DNA of 62,753 bases, the filler included, from Rhabdomonas costata (lineage: Eukaryota), in the NCBI GenBank assembly GCA_019059605.1. It is 13 parts of 13 records of this genome, joined end to end, with 100 filler letters (N's around TTAATTAATTAA, not from the genome) between each part and the next. Parts side by side here need not be neighbours in the genome. Positions count along the whole stretch, not along the records: positions 9,740 to 14,509 come from JAHMHO010000157.1; positions 14,610 to 19,356 come from JAHMHO010000158.1; positions 19,457 to 24,206 come from JAHMHO010000159.1; positions 24,307 to 29,050 come from JAHMHO010000160.1; 9 more parts are not named here. One strand, 5' to 3'. Below the pieces are notes generated by a model. It saw nothing but the letters and a program-made list of their open reading frames with translations, had not been told where the DNA came from and did no database searches. The position numbers were made by a program, and so were the translations under genes. Positions 12,113 to 24,739 of the stretch are shown piece by piece; position 1 is the first letter of the stretch; the number at the start of each line of letters is the position of its first letter.

Positions 12113-12577
12113 TTAATGTGAATCGTTGGTCTTGACAAGGGATTTTCCAATGTTGAACTCCGCGAACATTGCGACGCCGAGGGCGGCGGCCAAGGAGCCA
12201 GCAGTCGTGGCTGGGACCAAGCGCACCCCCATCACCAGCCAGGCTGTCGGCGACCGAAGGCGGGGATGCCCCAGCAGGGTGCACCAGACCACAGCCCGCA
12301 CAGCATAGGCCGCCACTATGGGCCCAGCAAAGCCTACCACTAACGGGGGGATGAGCTTCAGAGCAGATCCAAACGACGGCAGCGGGTGAGGGGGAACACT
12401 CGGGGAGGCGCTTGCTTGGCTCTTTCGGGGGAAGGCAAGGCCAGCGCAGCAAGCGGCGGCGGTGCAAAAGCCACCCACCGATATGGCACGAGAGGCTGCT
12501 CTTCCATACATGGTAAACGACCCCTCACCGTGAAGATACTTCACCATCTCCCCCAGAGAGGAAAAATGGTAGTCCAT
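12113..12577 (-). CDS. Hypothetical small membrane protein (154 aa, intronless)
   Basis: Clean ATG-TAA ORF with three hydrophobic Gly/Ala-rich segments. GCTAATTTAG lies just before the ATG. Confidence 0.55.
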   Translation of the reverse strand: MDYHFSSLGEMVKYLHGEGSFTMYGRAASRAISVGGFCTAAACCAGLAFPRKSQASASPSVPPHPLPSFGSALKLIPPLVVGFAGPIVAAYAVRAVVWCTLLGHPRLRSPTAWLVMGVRLVPATTAGSLAAALGVAMFAEFNIGKSLVKTNDSH

Positions 12578-12750
12578 TCTAAATTAGCCACCCAAAAAGT
12601 CGCAACTGGTAAGCGAAGAAAATTCCGGGTAAGCGCCTTCTTTTTCAGGCTTTTTAAGTAAACCCTGATAATCAAGGTCAACAACAGAGCGTCAGCGTGG
12701 TTCTGTTGTTGGGTTACTTGTTGGTTTTTGTCTCAGCTGTACATCAAGGA

Positions 12751-12782
12751 TAACTCTAACCCTAATCCTGACCCTAACCCTT
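12751..12782 (+). repeat. Degenerate interstitial (CCCTAA)n telomere-like tract
   Basis: taactctaaccctaatcctgaccctaaccctt. Confidence 0.55.
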
Positions 12783-13350
12783 CAACTCAGCCCTGATAGA
12801 TGGAGAAGGAGCTTAACAGATAAAAATGGCTTTGTCCTTCCCACAGACAACTATGCAGATAGGTCTTTTCCAAGATAGTCCTAGTTTTCCACCATCATCC
12901 ATTCCTTGCCAAGTCATTGTTGGTCGGGTTTTCTTAGGAATGCTCGTTTCAATGTAGAACTGTACAGAGTGTCATACGGTTCATCGTGTGCACTGGTTTG
13001 CCGTTCGTGCACAGTGTGCAAGCGTGCATATTCTTTGTCGAAACTCCTCATGAAAAAGCGACCGGTTCACCCTGGGAGGACTCTATAACAAAACTCTTCC
13101 TTGCGTCCAATACTTCGCAAGTACCAGTTGTTCATTAACAACAACAAAAGAACCAGAAACGTACCAAAACAATTTGGTTCAGAGCAGATGATTATTCTGA
13201 ACCGAACATCCAACAAGATGGGCGCAAGGTTATTCCACCCAACTTAGCACCACCAAAGGCTAAAGAGTACGAGGAAATAGGGCAAGTCGGGCCAATTACA
13301 CGGCGGTGCCAGTCTCCCAACCCCCCAGTTCTTTCTCTTTTCGCAAGCTC

Positions 13351-14211
13351 CTACAGAGCGCAGAACCACGGGAAAGTCGCCATGATCGCGGCGCTATGTT
13401 GCCAGTAGGGGTCCAGGCTGACTTTGTGGGTGGACCTTTGGGCAGGGACCACAGCCAGCAATGTTTTCTTCGTGTATCGTTTCTTTGCGCCGCACTTTTG
13501 CCACTGTTCAAAGATTTTTTCGCGCTGTGTTGCTGAACACCTGACACGACTTGGAAGCAAACGCAAAAGCAACTTGCCAAGTTTCAAAGTGATAAGGCAG
13601 TGAGCCGAACCATGTGACCCAAAATGGATGGCAAGCCTTCAACAGAACAGAACTATAATAAAAAAAGACAGAGGTGCAAGGGCCAGGGCGTGGGTGTGGG
13701 TGTGCCTGATCGGGTTGGGGCGGTACTTCCACTCAGTCTCGCCTTCGGCATAGGTCGCCACATGAACAAGGTTGATCTCAGGGCACTTGCGGCGGGCCTC
13801 CTGGGAGGGTTCAGGAGGGCAATTTGGTTGAATTTTGGTTGAATTCGAATCACATGAGTCACACGCAACTTGTTTCACAGGCGGTGATGCAAAGGCTGGG
13901 TGGAAAACCAAAACATTAAATATCGCCTTTTGCACCGATTTTCAGCAACTAGAGTGCTTAAGCACATTCCAATTCTGTCTAAATGCATCGGTTCCATCAA
14001 TTCACAACTAAAAATATGCCAAGCCCTTAAGACATCCGAAGCCCTTTTAAGATGCAGCAACATGACGAAAGGAAGCTTGCACAAACCTGAACGGTGTCAA
14101 AACGGGCGACTCCCCGGGCACGGGCAGGGTAGTTAACCGCCACAAGGCCATTCCACTGCCGGACTGCCAAAGGCTGACCACTGTGGAGGATTCCCAGGCG
14201 CTTCTCTTCCA
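13351..14211 (-). pseudogene. POLH: DNA polymerase eta (Y-family) N-terminal fragment, apparently truncated
   Basis: VEEKRLG...PLAVRQWNGLVAVNYPARARGVARFDTVQ|EARRKCPEINLVHVATY...NPIR|STHKVSLDPY, then TAG at 13351. No SIDE motif exon is found before the next gene at 12577. Confidence 0.7.
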
Positions 14212-15096
14212 CTGGAAAAGAGTACAGTTCACAGAGAACCACTGCTAGCGGTTACACGCGTCAAAAACCTTGTTTTCCCTTGCATAGCCTTCTTTCATTC
14301 ACTTTTTGTGCGGTGCACCACACTCCCCGGGGTGCTCCCCAGGTGTCGGAAGTGTCGGAACTCAGAACGCCCATTTGGGTGAGAAGCGAACTGGGGTTTC
14401 GTGATAAATTCACGTCGTCCAACACAAAAAAACAAATGAACGCCTTTTTTTTTGCACCAGCGATAGTGTTGGTACAGTGCACTTGGAAGCAAAAGTCCTC
14501 AACAAACTANNNNNNNNNNNNNNNNNNNNNNNNNNNNNNNNNNNNNNNNNNNNTTAATTAATTAANNNNNNNNNNNNNNNNNNNNNNNNNNNNNNNNNNN
14601 NNNNNNNNNTTGTGTTGGTATTCAAAGTCAGCGCTTCACAACGATCATTGCATCGTTTGCTCACAGAGACTTAATTCTTCTCGGTTAGGTACGGATGCAA
14701 CACTTGCCAACATGAAAAAAACATGAACCAAAAAAAAAAGGTGAAATTGCAAATTTTTCACCCCCCGAAAACTCCTACTACGGTAAAAAAAAATCGTCCC
14801 AAGTTTGGCACAGCTTGCGCGCATCCCGCAGTCAATGAAAGCCAAGCGTCAAATTATTCAATGAACATGTTCACAACGATTCTGTGGGAGCCCGGACCTG
14901 CCGGAGCTTGGACTGCATGGCGCGCCTTTAAGGGATTTGAGTTATGAGTTGATGCCACACTTTGGCAGTGCAGGTTTGCATGATTTTTCGGTGACACACT
15001 GGCGATGGCACACATACAATAGAGATTGGGATTAGGGGAGTGAAGAGTATGAGAGTGGGAAGCGGGATCTGGTATCTGGGCCTTCTTCCTTTGCAG

Positions 15097-18000
15097 GGGT
15101 ATTTGTGATTACTTGGCCCAGTCAACGGCATTTGGGATTGGTGGGTGGGGAGAGATTGCAACTTCCCACACGAAAAAGGAAGGTGATCGTAGTCTTCACA
15201 AGCTTTACAAAGAATTGAAAGAGAAATACAAGCACCCTTCCCCCCACCCCCCAAAAAAGGTCCTGGACGCTTTGATGACCGAAAGCACGTCGTTTCACAT
15301 GAGCTGCCGGATCCGCCCGCTCTCCGACGAGGAGGTCTACCGCAGGCAGTACAACGTCCTGCGTGCAGACCCCGCCTCACAGACCGTGGAGCTGCTGGAG
15401 ATGCGCAACGAGCACAAGCTGCAGGTGCTTGCCCATAGAAAAGACGATGGAGCGAGACAGAAAACAGAGACAAGAAACACTTGCAAGGCCCGTTTTCTCA
15501 AGTTGTATCGTATCAAACGTCATGTATTGTCCGCGGCACCTCAAAAGTCACAACGGAAAAAGGGCACTCTAAATTAGGCACTTTCGGACGTAGAAGCTAA
15601 ATCGGGTGGTGAAAAACGTTTCACCTGGAGGAGTTTATACTTTTCTTGTTTATGCTTTCGGCCTCCTCCTTGTCTGTGTACCCCTACCTCTTGCGTTTGA
15701 GATGACGCGGGCCATATTTAATGCAAGCGTTTTACAGGCGATGTTTCCAAGTAAGCAGGCAGCATTTCTGTTGAAATAAAAGTGGTGGTGGTGGTTACAC
15801 GTATCGACAGCGCACTGCAAGGGCGATACAGTGCGGTGTTTTCCTCGGGTGGGAAGCTTGGGGGTTTGGAGAATTTTTCAACTTTTCTCAGGGAATAAAA
15901 TGACTCCTTGGATGTCTTTAAGAAATCGCCACGAACCCTTTTAGGAGACCCACCATAGTGGGTGAGAGATAGAGAAGGCAGAGACCAGGAGGACACTTTA
16001 CTCTTCAACGGATCAGTTGATTTTCGAATCCTTTTTCCTGCGCTTCTGCCTACCGCCTTGTGTTTTTAATGGCTGAGGGGTGGGTGAGCGCTGCAGAGCT
16101 TCGGTGAAACAAGAGGTTGCCTCTTCCGTCGTGTGATGATGGGCATGTGACTTACCCCGCATTTCTTGTGTCTCCGCCGTACTCTTCTTCGTTCAGGTTC
16201 ATTTTGACGAGGTGTTCGACTCCACGGACCCCAGCGCGGAGCATTATGGTACTTTTCCGTCCTTGTTGCCGTTTATCGATGGCATACACCGATGCCACCG
16301 GTTTGTAAACTCTGCACGCAGTTGCCAACTTCCCCACCTCGACCATCTTTCTGCGACAATGAGGTTTCGTAAGGTTTGCCTGATTTGCCCGTGTGGTGGT
16401 TTGGTTGTGGTGATGACGGCGGTGGTGGGGTGCCACAGCAAACCAGCGTATTGTATATGAGCGGGTGGGAAAGCCTCTGCTGGACTTCGCCGTGCACGGG
16501 TTCAACGTCACCCTGATCGGCTTCGGGCAGACGGCCTCGGGTTGACATTTTTTGCTCTTGTTTTTCCCCTCGCTGGCCACCTCCCTTCTCATCTGAGTAG
16601 CATTCCTGAAATTGGTTGTGTCTTCCCTCTCCTGCGCTACCTTGTTCAATTGAAGGCAGCATATTTTTGGTTTTTCTTCAGTCTTTTTTTGCCAGCATTT
16701 AACTGCCTCGTCAACACCGTTATTAAAGCTCTGTGACAGGGGGGTGTCGTGGAGCAGGAGGGTGGAAGTGCCATATGAATCTTTTGTAAGTGTACACTCA
16801 GATACACGTGGTGCTTGGTGGAGTGGCCATTCGTTTGATCTTTTATTGATATTTTTCTCTGCCTCGTTTCTTCTCTCTCTCTCTCGGATACACGCACCCC
16901 ATCGCGGGGGGATGGCTTAGGCAAGACCTACACCCTTGTCGGGGACAACGTGGACCGCGGCATTGTGCCCCGTCTGCTGACCCACCTCTTTGAGATCATC
17001 GCGGAGAAGCGCCACAGCTGCCCCCAGGAGTGCTGGAGGCTGGAAATGGATGCCATTGAGGTATCCACACACACGCACAGCTCCCCCTCCCCTATAGCCT
17101 TCCTTCAACCCCCTTTCCCTGCCTTCGCTTCTCGTAGCTTGTGGGTCACATCCTGCTGCAATAAAACGCAGGCTCAAACACACACACACACACACACACA
17201 CTTCAACCTGAGTGGACTTGGACCCACAGTCCTTGTGTTGTCTTGCGACCTGGTGTTTGTGTTTATGTTCGCGAAAGGGATGGAGCTTCGGACCCACTTC
17301 AGAGCCACTTGCACAGCATGCGCCGGGTTGTTGTGCGGCACGGTATAGTGAGACAGTTCGCACCCCTACTTCTGGCGTTTTACTTTTGAGTTAAGTTCTG
17401 TAAGTTTTCTAAGTTTTCCAAGTGCGCATCCGTTTTTGGATGGTCGGAACGAAGTTTGACCCCACCAAAGGTGTACAACGAGCGGATCTACAACCTGCTG
17501 GAGGGGATTGACAATGAGGACGGCGTGCTGCGGATGGCCCCCGCGCCGTGCCACCCCTTGGCCTCAAGGCCCTCGCGGTTCAACCGCGGCACCTTCGCGG
17601 ACATGGAACGGGAGCAGCTCGCCCGGGGCCGCCGCGGCAGCACAACGGCCTCCGCCACAGCGACAGGCACCGCGAAGCGGGGGACATCCTTTTCCCGTGC
17701 GGTGAGTCGCCCAACAACCCCAGCTTGACCGCTTTTTGCAGTTTTCGGGACTTTGTGGTGAGACTGCCAGGCCATATCTGTAGAACTCCAATTGAAAAAA
17801 TTAAGTCAAGAAGACCGATGCTGTGTGACGCATTGGAGACTGATTTGCGAACTTCGCGCTTCCAACGTTTTCGGTATACAGAAATAACCGGCACTCGGGT
17901 TCTAGTTTTGGAAGTGAGTCTCCCCAGGCGCATTTCTTTGCGGGTGTCACATGGGTGTTTGGATGAATAGCAGCCTGTGTTACCTCATTTTAGCAATTAT

Positions 18001-18970
18001 ACTCATAACTTTTTCGCTTTGACCAGATTTTTTCTGTATAACTCTGCCTGTGCAGGGAGTGGGCCGGGCCTCTGAGCGGGGCTCCGTCGCGGGGCGCTCG
18101 TACAGCCCCTCAGTGTCCTCCCGGCGCAGTGGTGCTGGGGGCGGCTATGGCTCCCGCGCTTCCGTTGGCTCCGCGGCAGCCCATGCCTCAGGGCATGTGT
18201 AGCTTTCTCTTATTCTCGGAACCTTCTTTGTTGCTGCTGAACATGGCAACCGGGTACCGTCTCTCACGGAATAATACCTCAGTCAACATGGCACAAGGGT
18301 ACGAAAGGCCTCCCCTCTGTCGTTTCTTTTCCTCTTTTTATATTCTTTTTCACCTCTTTTCATCATTTGCGAGCTCAAGTTTGTGAAGTTTTTTTTTGTC
18401 TTTTTTGAGAAACGAGCAGGTATCGCAATTGCAGCGTGCACATGTCGGTGAATGCATGTCTCCCAATGCGGTGCGTGTGGACAGGCGCGACGTGCACTAA
18501 AACCTCAAACCTCGTCCAAATCTAATAACGGCACTGAGGAGAACATCAAAACGATAATGCAAGGTCGATGAAGAGGAAGAAGGACAAACACACGCTCGTC
18601 AACCCACAGTGGTTACCAACAGTCAACCTGGCAACAGCCAGCGCGCAATGCGCCAACACACACGCACACGCACGCATGCATCCACGCACGCACGCACACA
18701 AGCATACGCATACACTCTGCGGTGCGCTGCGGTGCAATGTGGGGATGGAATGTGTGCAGGGCTGTGCGCAGCCGCTCAACCTCCCGCAGCCGGTCCAGCT
18801 CAGTGGGGGGTGGAGGTAGTGGGGGCAGCGGCGGTGTGGACGTGGGCGCGCGTGAGGAGGACCGGTACGTAATCAAGGGAGGGCTGGCGGTGCCCTACTA
18901 CATCTGTGGGTTGCAGCCCATCCCCGTCACTGACGTAAACAAGGTGTTCAACCTTCTGGCGATTACCCAG
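15097..18970 (+). CDS. Kinesin motor protein (partial, at least 7 exons)
   Basis: CRIRPLS, VHFDEVFD, GFNVTLIGFGQTASG|KTYTL (P-loop), RGIVPR, E|VYNERIYNLL. Exons at 15097-15424, 16197-16248, 16439-16540, 16921-17060, 17471-17701, 18056-18192 and 18760-18970 join in phase. Confidence 0.92.
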
Positions 18971-19463
18971 GTATGCCTATGGAAGGGTGCACGTGTGTAG
19001 GGGGGGGGGGTTGCTGCTGCCTCATCCTCGTCTGCGGTGGGAAATCCTACATCTCTTCTCGTCCTTCTTATTCTCGATCCCCCTTTCTCATTTCCTTCTT
19101 TTTTTTCCACTCACTTTACACATATCCCTCTGCATATAGTGCTGCCTTGTCTTCTGCGGCAGTCTTATCAGTCCACAAGTCTCCTCAATTCTCTTTCGCC
19201 TTTCGCATTGTGTATGTATGTATGTGCACTCTACGTGATTCATTAGTCAGTAAAAGTTCAGTGGCGATGGAGAGGGGGTCTCTGTCAAGGATGAGCTCTG
19301 AAGTCCCAGTCAGTCTGAGCTCCAGCGAAAAGAAACTGGCTGAGAGGAATCGGCGGNNNNNNNNNNNNNNNNNNNNNNNNNNNNNNNNNNNNNNNNNNNN
19401 TTAATTAATTAANNNNNNNNNNNNNNNNNNNNNNNNNNNNNNNNNNNNNNNNNNNNTGTGTGG

Positions 19464-19519
19464 GGGCTAAGCCGAAGCAGGCCTGGGGTATATACAACAG
19501 GCCTGCTTCGGCTTAGCCC
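19464..19519. repeat. Perfect 22-bp inverted repeat with a 12-nt loop at a contig start
   Basis: gggctaagccgaagcaggcctg ... caggcctgcttcggcttagccc. Confidence 0.95.
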
Positions 19520-19830
19520 TCTCACACGTTCTGCACTCTTCTATCTCCAAACTGTTGTTTGGGAAAAATTTCCGTGAAAATCTGGAATATAAACCAGTGT
19601 TTTCATGTCTTTGAAAGCTGCGTGGGTGGCGTGGGTCGGGGGCCCTTATTCACTCCGAGCCTGGACCAGCCGGCGTTGAAAGTGACCAGGCTGTCGTTCA
19701 GCGGGTGGGCTCAAGAAAAAAAAAGAAATACACTGCAATTTTTTACTATCCGCTGGATGGAAGCTGTGTGTGCGCTTCTTCAGATTTTCCTTGTTTTTGT
19801 CAACTGACTTATTGCTCAAGCCTTGGTGAA

Positions 19831-22800
19831 ATGAATCCCGGTGTCCTCGCCCAGGAAGACGCTGTCGTGCAGTTTCATTTCTCAGACTTCTCTTGGGAGG
19901 AACTTCGCCTTGAAAACCGTGGTGTACTGGTTGTTCCTCCTACTTGTGTTTAATGGCTACTTTTAGTCCTGCACCTCCAAGAAGTTTGCTCCTTTGCCCC
20001 CCCCCCACGAGCTTTTGTTTTTACCTGATTCCAGGATCGACTGGAAGCCTCATTCCCGACCTTGACGGAAGACGGTTTCACCGAAGCGTGGGAAACTCAT
20101 TACCGTCTTCATCGTGGAAAGGTTAGCACAATGTTTTTTCTTCATCGGTGGGAGTATTGCTCCTGGGGATGAAACTACGAAATTAAAAAGCAAAGCGGCA
20201 CGAACCCCTGCCGCTAGATGCCGAAAGCCCACGAAACACCTTTGGTGACGATTGGGGGAGGGGGTTAGTCCTTGGGTACCGGGTGTTTCAGCACGTTCAT
20301 GTACAGCACGACAAAAATCTGCTCCATTGTCGTGACGACATGATTCCATAAAGGTTAAAGCTAAAATTCCCTGCCGTTCTGGAGGGTGGAGATGAGCATT
20401 GCAACTGCTTCAAGTTGACTCAAAAAGCAATTTTGTGAGTTTCATGGGCAACTACCAAGTGGCGAAGCTACAGTTTACGGTTTCTTGCGTTTACAAACTC
20501 AAGCACATTCTATCTTTTGAAGCGTGAGAAAGCGGCATCTAGGGGCCTCCATGCTTCTGCTCAATTTCGAGCTCGGAATTTTGGATGGCGTCTACCTCCT
20601 GGGTCGCTTCTTTCTAGCAACGGCGAGCATCTTCGGGTATTCACTGCTTTCCTTCTGTTTCCGTTTTTTGTGTGGTGTTTATTTGCAGTTTTTCCCTGTA
20701 AAAAGCTACCTCCATGCGGCCTTTCCTGAGCTGGACACAACGCAGCGACTGGCAGTCATGGAGGCTGGATGCGGAAGTGGAAGTTGCTTGCTCACACTGC
20801 TGCGCAGGTGACGTTCGCAAGCTTTATGGATATGAACCACCCAAAAATATATGCGTGGGTGGTTGAAAGATTTTTTTGTCTACGGTGCACTTGTGAGACC
20901 ACTTCACTGTTTTGGCTCTGTATGTAATCAGTGTTTCCTTTGGGTTTTTACCCCCCCCCCCCTTCATCCCTTGTCCGTAAAGCAATGTCCTTCACTATAA
21001 ACACGTGCGGTGTGGAAAAACCTCCTCATAGTCCCGACCCCGACGGTAGCATTTGCTGTCGGCGGTCCGATAGCCGAAGCTATCGAGCTCGACCAATCGG
21101 TTGGGTTGGACAGCATTTGTCAGACTGCCGATAATGCTCCGTCGGAGCGTCGGCCGGTGCTTTTGCTGAGTATTTCAAGTCATCGAAGATAAACCTAAAA
21201 CCCTTTCACAAACCCACCCCGCCTACCCACCGCGCACCGCGGCGCCTCTTCCTAAATCTCTTAGTTTTTTGGCCAGCTCTTTGTGGTGAGTGAGCGTTCA
21301 CTTCAGGACACAATATCCACCCATTTTCCATCTGTAGCATTTGCTATCGACCCTCAAGCTCAATCAAGATTTGCTGATAACCGCACACTGACTGTTGTTT
21401 TCCCACAAACTCTGACCACCCTGCTCGGTTCGCCCCCCCCCTCCCCCGAATTCCAATTTCTTTGTTGCTTCTTTTTGGGGGGCCTTCCGTCCCAGCGCTG
21501 CTGCGTTTTGGCAATGTGGGCAAAAATGACAGCCAATGGTACTCCTGCCTGGTTTTTGGCCGAAATTCATTTCTTACTTTCACTTTTCAAAGGCTGTTAA
21601 TCATGAGTAAACACGTTAATGTTCTTCTGCATTTAGCTTCAGCCCACATTATCACATAAGCTTCAGCCCACAACACCAATACCAGGTTTTGGTTTTAAAA
21701 AACAGTGCTATAGAGGATATGACATGATGACCTTTGTCTCAGGTTTCCCCAGCATCTTTACTTTGCATTTGATCTGAGCCCATCTGCTCTTGAACTGTTA
21801 CGCGAGCAAATTCCACCGGGCCCGCCCACTTCCGTGCACATTTTCGAGTGGAACGTGGCCAGACAAGATTTCCCTCTCGAACCAATAGTGCTGGACTGCT
21901 GCCTCTTGGTGCCTGCGCGACCTCTGCTCTCTCTCTCTCTCTCCTCTCTCTCCTCTCTCCTCTCTCTCTCTCTCTCTTACCCTCGCACATAACCCACAGT
22001 GCAGCCAATGTCCCGTCACCCCGCACCTCGCACATCCGCAAATCCAGAGCCCGACCCATCCTCCGATTCCACATGCGAAGCATCCCATAAAAAGTCGACC
22101 TCCACCCCACAGTCCCAAAGAACCCGACGAAGAGATGGTGCCTTGCTGACGATGACCCAACCACTCCGCCAGGGTCGAAACACCAGTCACTTCAGCAAGA
22201 CGTCAGATCATTCAGTAAGACATCAGATCAGCCAGCTGCTCAACCCAGAGTTCACCCCTTTTACCTCACTTACACTCTCTATCTATCTTGATCCTGCTCA
22301 ACTCATAATTCACCTCTTTCACCTCACATACAGACACATTCTCTTGAACCCTTTCGCGTTCCAACACTCCATTTTGTTCAAAAAATCGTTTCATAGGTAT
22401 TTGGACGTGGGGTTGCTTTCAAAGTGGACGTCTTATTGGTACTTTCTTTTCTCATCTGCAGATCTTCGTGCTTTCATCCTGCATGTCCTCGACGTGGCCC
22501 GTCATTCTCAGAAATCTCCGTGCTCTGCTTAAAGCTGAGACTGGTGTCATTATGTTCAGAGATTATGGGGTCCTGGACATGGCACACCTGCGCTTTTACC
22601 ATGGTGGATCTCCCCAGGTCTTCTTGCGATTCGGCATTTTCCGTCGTCTAATCTGCGCCCTTTGTTCATCAGGCCGCGAGCTTGGTGGACCAAAACGTTC
22701 AGGAAGTTTCGCTTTCGGTGGGAAAGGCACTTGAGCTCCATTTTGTGAGACCTTACTTCAAGACCTTACTTTTTGAATTTAACACCGTTTGACGTCGGTA

Positions 22801-23372
22801 AACCGTTTAACCGTTACAACATTGGACGTTTTGTATTGGGTGGATGTGGGAACGTTGCCTGGGGGGTTGTAGTAATCCGTAGCATACCAGCAGTTTTGAA
22901 CCTCATCGTTTGAAGTTTTTAAACGACTTAACGTCGATGAACCGCTTGACACCCCACCACCACCAAAAAGATGAATCTGACCCTTATGAGCTATTCAAGG
23001 TTTGCTCAAGGTTAAAGTTTTGCTAGTCTCTGTCGGCTGGCCCGAAGTTCCTGAAAATTTGTGAATTTGCTTTGCTTTTTTGGTGTTTTCGTTCCTTGGT
23101 TTTCGTAACTTCATTTGTGGCAGATGGAGCCTTGCACTTATCGCCGGGGTGATGGAACACTGGCCCACTATTTTGAGCTCAAAGAGACTGAGGAATTATT
23201 TCGTCTAAGTGGCTTTGAGCCCGTTCGGCTGAGTTACCACTGCGTTGAAAATCGCAATCACAAGTCAGGACAGACCCTGCGGAGGGTTTTTGTGAACGGA
23301 GTGTTCCGCCGCTCGGACAGCGGAAAGTGTGGAGACACATGCACCGAGAATGGCTTCAAAACAGATACTTGA
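19831..23372 (+). CDS. METTL6: METTL2/6-family tRNA m3C methyltransferase, about 6 exons
   Basis: AWETHYRLHRGK|FFPVKSYLHAAFPEL, MEAGCGSG (SAM motif I), FAFDLSPSAL, IFVLS, FRDYGVLDMAHLRF, YRRGDGTLAHYF, VENRN...RRVFV. TGA ends at 23372. Confidence 0.88.
21922..21976. repeat. (CT)n microsatellite in an intron. (CA)n tracts also at ~17177-17200 and ~26185-26218
   Basis: Direct inspection. Confidence 0.9.
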
Positions 23373-23812
23373 TTTCCGGCGCTGGAACGTTTCCGATGTG
23401 GGGTTGTTTTCGGTTGGTGCCGCGCGCGGTGATCTGTAACATGCTACCCAGCGATAAGGAAGGGAAACGGCTGGATAGTGTGGCAGCCTTTTCTTGTGGA
23501 AGCACACCGAAAAGTTGTATGCACACTGCAAACCCCAAAACTGAATGCCTGGGATAGCTGAAGCCGAAGCATTCCGATACACCTCCGGTTCTGGGGTCTA
23601 CCCTTTGGTGTACCAGGCAGACCCTCGAAAACATGCTGGTTGAGTGGGGCTGGGGGGCCCAGAAACCTTTGAATTGAGCTTTGAATTGAATTGAATTTTT
23701 GGGAATTTGGGGTTTGGTTGAAAAATCTAAATCACGCTTCCGCTGTACAATTTCATTCGTTGCACTTCGGCTTCCTTTGTTTTTGCCGCAGGTGTGTTAT
23801 TGAATCTTGCAA

Positions 23813-24148
23813 ATGCAGCCTGTCACTTCTGAGCACTGCAGCAGGGCTCCACATGCCGAATCTGCAGTGCCCACTCCCTCTCTCGCGGCCCGTGCGGCTG
23901 CGGTCTCGTCAAGGCAGGCCGTGCTGCGCCAAAAGCAGAGCTGGCAGTCCCAAGCCTTGGCGCTGGCCCACCGCGTGGCAGCGGCCGTGAAGGATAGAGA
24001 TAGAGCTGTTCTAGCTTTGAAGCAGGACAAGCAGGTTGTGGCTGAGCTGCTGGATTGTCTCCCTGAGGCTGCCGAGGTGCTCCCTCCAGGCTCCACCCAA
24101 CATCTAGCGAGAACGTGTGAGTGCTGTATTACACTCTCTAATGGGTAG
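23813..24148 (+). CDS. Hypothetical protein, first exon (helical/coiled-coil-like)
   Basis: Ala/Gln/Leu-rich ORF (QSQALALAHRVAAAVKDRDRAVLALKQDKQVVAELL) downstream of a pyrimidine tract-CAG at ~23770-23791. No family recognised. Confidence 0.45.
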   Translation: MQPVTSEHCSRAPHAESAVPTPSLAARAAAVSSRQAVLRQKQSWQSQALALAHRVAAAVKDRDRAVLALKQDKQVVAELLDCLPEAAEVLPPGSTQHLARTCECCITLSNG

Positions 24149-24329
24149 GGCAAGAAGCTGCGCAAAGGAAAACAAAAGAGACTCCACAAGGGCTCCACAA
24201 CCAACANNNNNNNNNNNNNNNNNNNNNNNNNNNNNNNNNNNNNNNNNNNNTTAATTAATTAANNNNNNNNNNNNNNNNNNNNNNNNNNNNNNNNNNNNNN
24301 NNNNNNGTTTTTTTGGTGAACTCTTGCAG

Positions 24330-24569
24330 GGTACTTCAAGCTCCGGCTGGTCCGGCTCTCGCTGCGGGTGCAGACCACGGATTTCTCGCTGCCTCAACTG
24401 CTGCGGCTGTGCACGGCCTACCTCACGGTGGAGGTGGGGCTGTGGGTGGCCCTGCTGAGGCAAACCGACCGAGTCGCGCTACTCCGTCACAGCCCTGGGC
24501 TGCTTTCCGTGCCAATCCAGGAGCTGTGCCACCGGGTCAACCGGCTGTCTTCGTTGGACGATTACTCCG
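24330..24569 (+). CDS. Internal exon of an unknown gene
   Basis: GC-rich open frame (YFKLRLVRLSLRVQTTDFSLPQLLRLCTAYL...) bounded by ttgcag and GT. Confidence 0.5.
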
Positions 24570-24624
24570 GTGCACATACCGCGATCGTTCTTCTTTCTTT
24601 CTTTCTTTCTTCGTTTTTTGTTCG

Positions 24625-24739
24625 CATACAACTATACATATACGTATATACGTATAGTTGTATGTATACGTATGTATGTATACATATACATACATACATA
24701 CCGGTGTATATACAACTATACGTATATACGTACATATAT
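24625..24739. repeat. Degenerate TA/TACG/TACA satellite, partly self-complementary, abutting the transposon end
   Basis: catacaactatacatatacgtatatacgtatagttgtatg... Confidence 0.85.
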
